64,000 bases of DNA from Arenicellales bacterium (lineage in GTDB: Bacteria > Pseudomonadota > Gammaproteobacteria > Arenicellales > JAJDZL01): the NCBI GenBank assembly GCA_958295885.1, contig OY282380.1, forward strand, positions 1,884,082-1,948,081, in the 5' to 3' direction. Shown here piece after piece: positions 63,522 through 64,000 of this stretch. A program made the translations under genes and the position numbers. Below the pieces are notes generated by a model. The model ran no database searches and had not been told where the DNA came from. It saw only the letters and a list, made by a program, of their open reading frames with translations. Within the stretch, counting starts at the first letter, position 1, and each line of letters opens with the position of its first letter.

Positions 63522-64000
63522 GACCAAGTAAATTTTCCAGTCATCTGATTGAACGAAGTTCTGAGCTGATGCAGCGCCTGCCGGGGGCTGCAGTCGAGAA
63601 TATTCATGCCATGCGCGCCGCTGCCATCGCGCGCTTTGGGAACATTGGACTGCCAACCTTGAGAGACGAAGCGTGGAGGTACACCAACATTCAGCCGCTG
63701 GGACGGTTGGCATTTGAACCCGCACGAAAAACCGAAGTCAATATCACCGAGCAGGAAATAAAACACCTGAACATGAGTTCGGTCGGTGCCGCACGAATTG
63801 TTTTTCTTGATGGATGGCTGGTATCTCACCTCTCCGATCATGCTGATCGAGAAAACGGAATTGAGGTGATTTCGCTCGCTCAGATTCTCAGCGGTGAACG
63901 AATCGTTGAAAGTGCCCTGTACGAGTTCGTCACTGAAAGACTGCAGGAGAGAGCCACGCTGGGGAGCGATGGTTTCACTGCGCTGAACTCTGCTCTGGCA
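63518..64000 (+). CDS. sufD: Fe-S assembly protein SufD, N-terminal part
   Basis: ATGA overlap with sufC; GLPTLRDEAWRYTNI, VFLDG, FTALNSAL. Confidence 0.88.
   Translation, partial: MRPSKFSSHLIERSSELMQRLPGAAVENIHAMRAAAIARFGNIGLPTLRDEAWRYTNIQPLGRLAFEPARKTEVNITEQEIKHLNMSSVGAARIVFLDGWLVSHLSDHADRENGIEVISLAQILSGERIVESALYEFVTERLQERATLGSDGFTALNSALA

Overview
Window from a Gammaproteobacterium-like genome (the taxon is an inference from gene content). Core genes lie at both ends: pepN, a GATase and a VWA/DnaJ pair on the left, and pfp, adk, hemB, ubiEJB, a Cu-type ATPase and iscR-sufBCD on the right. Between them are two accessory blocks separated by hppA. Block 1 (~5.5-25.2 kb) is a type III-A CRISPR-Cas locus: cas6, csx14, an HD-less cas10, csm2-5, an unannotated dead csx16, csx1, cas2-cas1-cas2 and an 11-repeat array. 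It is interrupted between csx14 and cas10 by a frameshifted tyrosine recombinase and a divergent ~1.1 kb unit. That unit has two hairpin-dense RNA-like arms bracketing a small membrane/coiled-coil ORF and is closed by a long-range stem; it is the strongest candidate for an undescribed system. Block 2 (~27.4-51.1 kb) is an island bounded by two copies of the same small gene. It carries SulP, Rpn-tail repeats behind an orphan structured leader, a desaturase, an AGCS transporter, a BsuBI/PstI-type R-M pair and a three-layer IS nest. Two transposase families in it (IS4 and ISAs1) carry an N-terminal DUF4338/DruA-like domain. All family assignments come from motif recognition by eye; no searches or folding were run.
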